From positions 1-64,000 of the forward strand of contig NIVC01000075.1 in the NCBI GenBank assembly GCA_002269645.1: a stretch of 64,000 nt of DNA, written 5' to 3'. Below, one piece after another: positions 60,715 through 64,000 of the stretch (its first letter is position 1; each line of letters starts with the position of its first letter). This DNA comes from Macrostomum lignano (Eukaryota). The position numbers and the translations under genes are program-made. The notes under the pieces were generated by a model. It was not told where the DNA came from. It saw only the letters and a list, made by a program, of their open reading frames with translations, and searched no databases.

Positions 60715-63700
60715 GGCGTCATGTAAAAAATCATAGAATAGTCATGCAAAAAATCATAGAAGCGTCATGTAAACAATCATAGAAGCGTCATGTAAAAAAT
60801 CATAGAAGCGTCATGTAAACAATCATAGAAGCGTCATGTAAAAAATCATAGAAGCGTCATGTAAAAAATCATAGAAGCGTCATGTAAACAATCATTGAAG
60901 CGTCATGTAAAAATCATTGAAGCGTCATGTAAAAATCATGGAAGCGTCATAAAAAATCATAGAAGCGTCAAGTAAAAAATCATAGAAGCGTCATGTAAAC
61001 AATCATAGAAGCGTCACGTAAAAAATCATAGAAGCGTGATGTAAAAAATCATAGAAGCGTCATGTAAACAATCATAGAAGTGTCATGTAAAATCATAGAT
61101 GCGTCATGTAAACAATCATAGAAGCGTCATGTAAAAAATCATAGAAGCGTCATGTAAAAAATCATAGAAGCGTCATGTAAACAATCATTGAAGCGTCATG
61201 TAAAAATCATTGAAGCGTCATAAAAAATCATAGAAGCGTCATGTAAAAAATCATAGAAGCGTCATGTAAACAATCATAGAAGTGTCATGTAAAAAATCGT
61301 AGAAGCGTCATGAAAAAATCATAGAAGCGTCATGTAAACAATCATAGAAGTGTCATGTAAAATCATAGATGCGTCATGTAAACAATCATAGAAGCGTCAT
61401 GTAAAAATCATAGAAGCGTCATGTAAAAAATCATAGAAGCGTCATGTAAACAATCATTGAAGCGTCATGTAAACAATCATAGAAGCGTCATAAAAAATCA
61501 TAGAAGCGTCATGTAAAAAATCATAGAAGCGTCATGTAAACAATCATAGAAGCGTCATGTAAAAAATCGTAGAAGCGTCATGAAAAAATCATAGAAGCGT
61601 CATGTAAACAATCATAGAAGCGTCATGTAAAAAATCATAGAAGCGTCATGTAAAAAATCATAGAAGCGTAATGTAAACAATCATAGACGTGTCATGTAAA
61701 AATCATAGAAGCGTCATGTAAAAATCATAGAAGCGTCATGTAAACAATCATAGAAGCGTCATGTAAAAAATCATAGAAGCGTCATGTAAACAATCATAGA
61801 AGCGTCATGTAAAAAATCATAGAAGCGTCATGTAAAAAATCATAGAAGCGTCATGTAAACAATCATTGAAGCGTCATGTAAAAATCATTGAAGCGTCATG
61901 TAAAAATCATGGAAGCGTCATAAAAAATCATAGAAGCGTCAAGTAAAAAATCATAGAAGCGTCATGTAAACAATCATAGAAGCGTCACGTAAAAAATCAT
62001 AGAAGCGTGATGTAAAAAATCTTAGAAGCGTCATGTAAACAATCATAGAAGTGTCATGTAAAATCATAGATGCGTCATGTAAACAATCATAGAAGCGTCA
62101 TGTAAAAAATCATAGAAGCGTCATGTAAAAAATCATAGAAGCGTCATGTAAACAATCATTGAAGCGTCATGTAAAAATCATTGAAGCGTCATAAAAAATC
62201 ATAGAAGCTTCATGTAAAAAATCATAGAAGCGTCATGTAAACAATCATAGAAGTGTCATGTAAAAAATCGTAGAAGCGTCATGAAAAAATCATAGAAGCG
62301 TCATGTAAACAATCATAGAAGTGTCATGTAAAATCATAGATGCGTCATGTAAACAATCATAGAAGCGTCATGTAAAAATCATAGAAGCGTCATGTAAAAA
62401 ATCATAGAAGCGTCATGTAAACAATCATTGAAGCGTCATGTAAACAATCATAGAAGCGTCATAAAAAATCATAGAAGCGTCATGTAAAAAATCATAGAAG
62501 CGTCATGTAAACAATCATAGAAGCGTCATGTAAAAAATCGTAGAAGCGTCATGAAAAAATCATAGAAGCGTCATGTAAACAATCATAGAAGCGTCATGTA
62601 AAAAATCATAGAAGCGTCATGTAAAAAATCATAGAAGCGTAATGTAAACAATCATAGACGTGTCATGTAAAAATCATAGAAGCGTCATGTAAAAATCATA
62701 GAAGCGTCATGTAAACAATCATAGAAGCGTCATGTAAAAATCATAGAAGCGTCATGTAAACAATCATTGAAGCGTCATGTAAAAATCATTTAAGCGTCAT
62801 GTAAAAATCATAGAAGCGTCATGTAAACAATCATAGAAGCGTAATGTAAAAGCAAAGAAGCGTCATGTAAAGATCATAGAAGCGTCATGTAAAAAAATCA
62901 TAGAAGCGTCATGTAAAAAATCATAGAAGCGTCATGTAAAAAATCATAGAAGCGTCATGTAAAAATCATGAAGCGTCATGAAAAAATCATAGAAGCGTAA
63001 TGTAAAAAATCATAGAAGCGTCATGTAAAAAATCATAGAAGCGTCATGTAAAAAATCATAGAAGCGTGATGTAAAAAATCATAGAAGCGTCATGTAAACA
63101 ATCATAGAAGTGTCATGTAAAATCATAGATGCGTCATGTAAACAATCATAGAAGCGTCATGTAAAAATCATAGAAGCGTCATGTAAAAAATCATAGAAGC
63201 GTCATGTAAACAATCATTGAAGCGTCATGTAAAAATCATTGAAGCGTCATAAAAAATCATAGAAGCGTCATGTAAAAAATCATAGAAGCGTCATGTAAAC
63301 AATCATAGAAGTGTCATGTAAAAAATCGTAGAAGCGTCATGAAAAAATCATAGATGCGTCATGTAAACAATCATAGAAGCGTCATGTAAAAAATCATAGA
63401 AGCGTCATGTAAAAAATCATAGAAGCGTCATGTAAACAATCATTGAAGCGTCATGTAAACAATCATAGAAGCGTCATAAAAAATCATAGAAGCGTCATGT
63501 AAAAAATCATAGAAGCGTCATGTAAACAATCATAGAAGCGTCATGTAAAAAATCGTAGAAGCGTCATGAAAAAATCATAGAAGCGTCATGTAAACAATCA
63601 TAGAAGCGTCATGTAAAAAATCATAGAAGCGTCATGTAAGAAATCATAGAAGCGTCATGTAAACAATCATAGAAGTGTCATGTAAAAATCATAGAAGCGT

Positions 63701-64000
63701 CATGTAAAAATCATAGAAGCGTCATGTAAACAATCATTGAAGCGTCATGTAAAAATCATAGAAGCGTCATGTAAACAATCATTGAAGCGTCATGTAAAAA
63801 TCATTTAAGCGTCATGTAAAAATCATAGAAGCGTCATGTAAACAATCATAGAAGCGTAATGTAAAAGCAAAGAAGCGTCATGTAAAGATCATAGAAGCGT
63901 CATGTAAAAAAATCATAGAAGCGTCATGTAAAAAATCATAGAAGCGTCATGTAAAAAATCATAGAAGCGTCATGTAAAAATCATGGAAGCGTCATGAAAA
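60715..64000. repeat. 23-bp satellite (AGAAGCGTCATGTAAAAAATCAT)n, more than 3.2 kb, with about 1-kb higher-order repeats; runs off the window
   Basis: Period of 23 (60781 to 60804). Diagnostic variants recur at a 971-bp offset (GCGTCAAG 60965/61936; GCGTCACG 61011/61982; GCGTGATG 61034/62005). Confidence 0.97.

Overview
This is repeat-rich eukaryotic genomic DNA: GC-rich exons, GT/GC-AG introns, many minisatellites and (GACA)n tracts. The overall style suggests a free-living flatworm such as Macrostomum, but that is inference only. I could reconstruct seven protein-coding genes by hand. (1) A secreted WSC + PAN/apple-like protein (-). (2) A Cys-cluster, possibly TULIP/lipid-binding-fold protein with a GC-AG intron (-). 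(3) A roughly 2,200-aa type-I membrane mucin whose tail ends in an RVxP-like motif (+). (4) An intronless Bmi1/PCGF4-like Polycomb RING gene (-). (5) A 4-exon TGF-beta type-II-receptor-like pseudokinase with a TM helix but no visible ligand-binding ectodomain (-). (6) A SelM/Sep15-like ER protein that lacks the second Cys/Sec (-). (7) Ariadne-2/TRIAD1, an RBR E3 ligase (-). Mobile DNA includes a 5' half of a Gypsy element (LTR, tRNA-Leu PBS, gag, -1 frameshift site, protease-RT) cut off by a non-autonomous Helitron-like element. There are also two CORE-type tRNA SINEs, an RTE-like LINE 3' fragment, a second LINE relic, a Merlin transposase relic, a foldback element and small MITEs. The window ends in a 23-bp satellite of more than 3.2 kb with roughly 1-kb higher-order repeats. 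Four inferred single-C deletions in two genes look like long-read assembly errors. There is no CRISPR array and no prokaryotic system. All family calls come from motif recognition without database searches.
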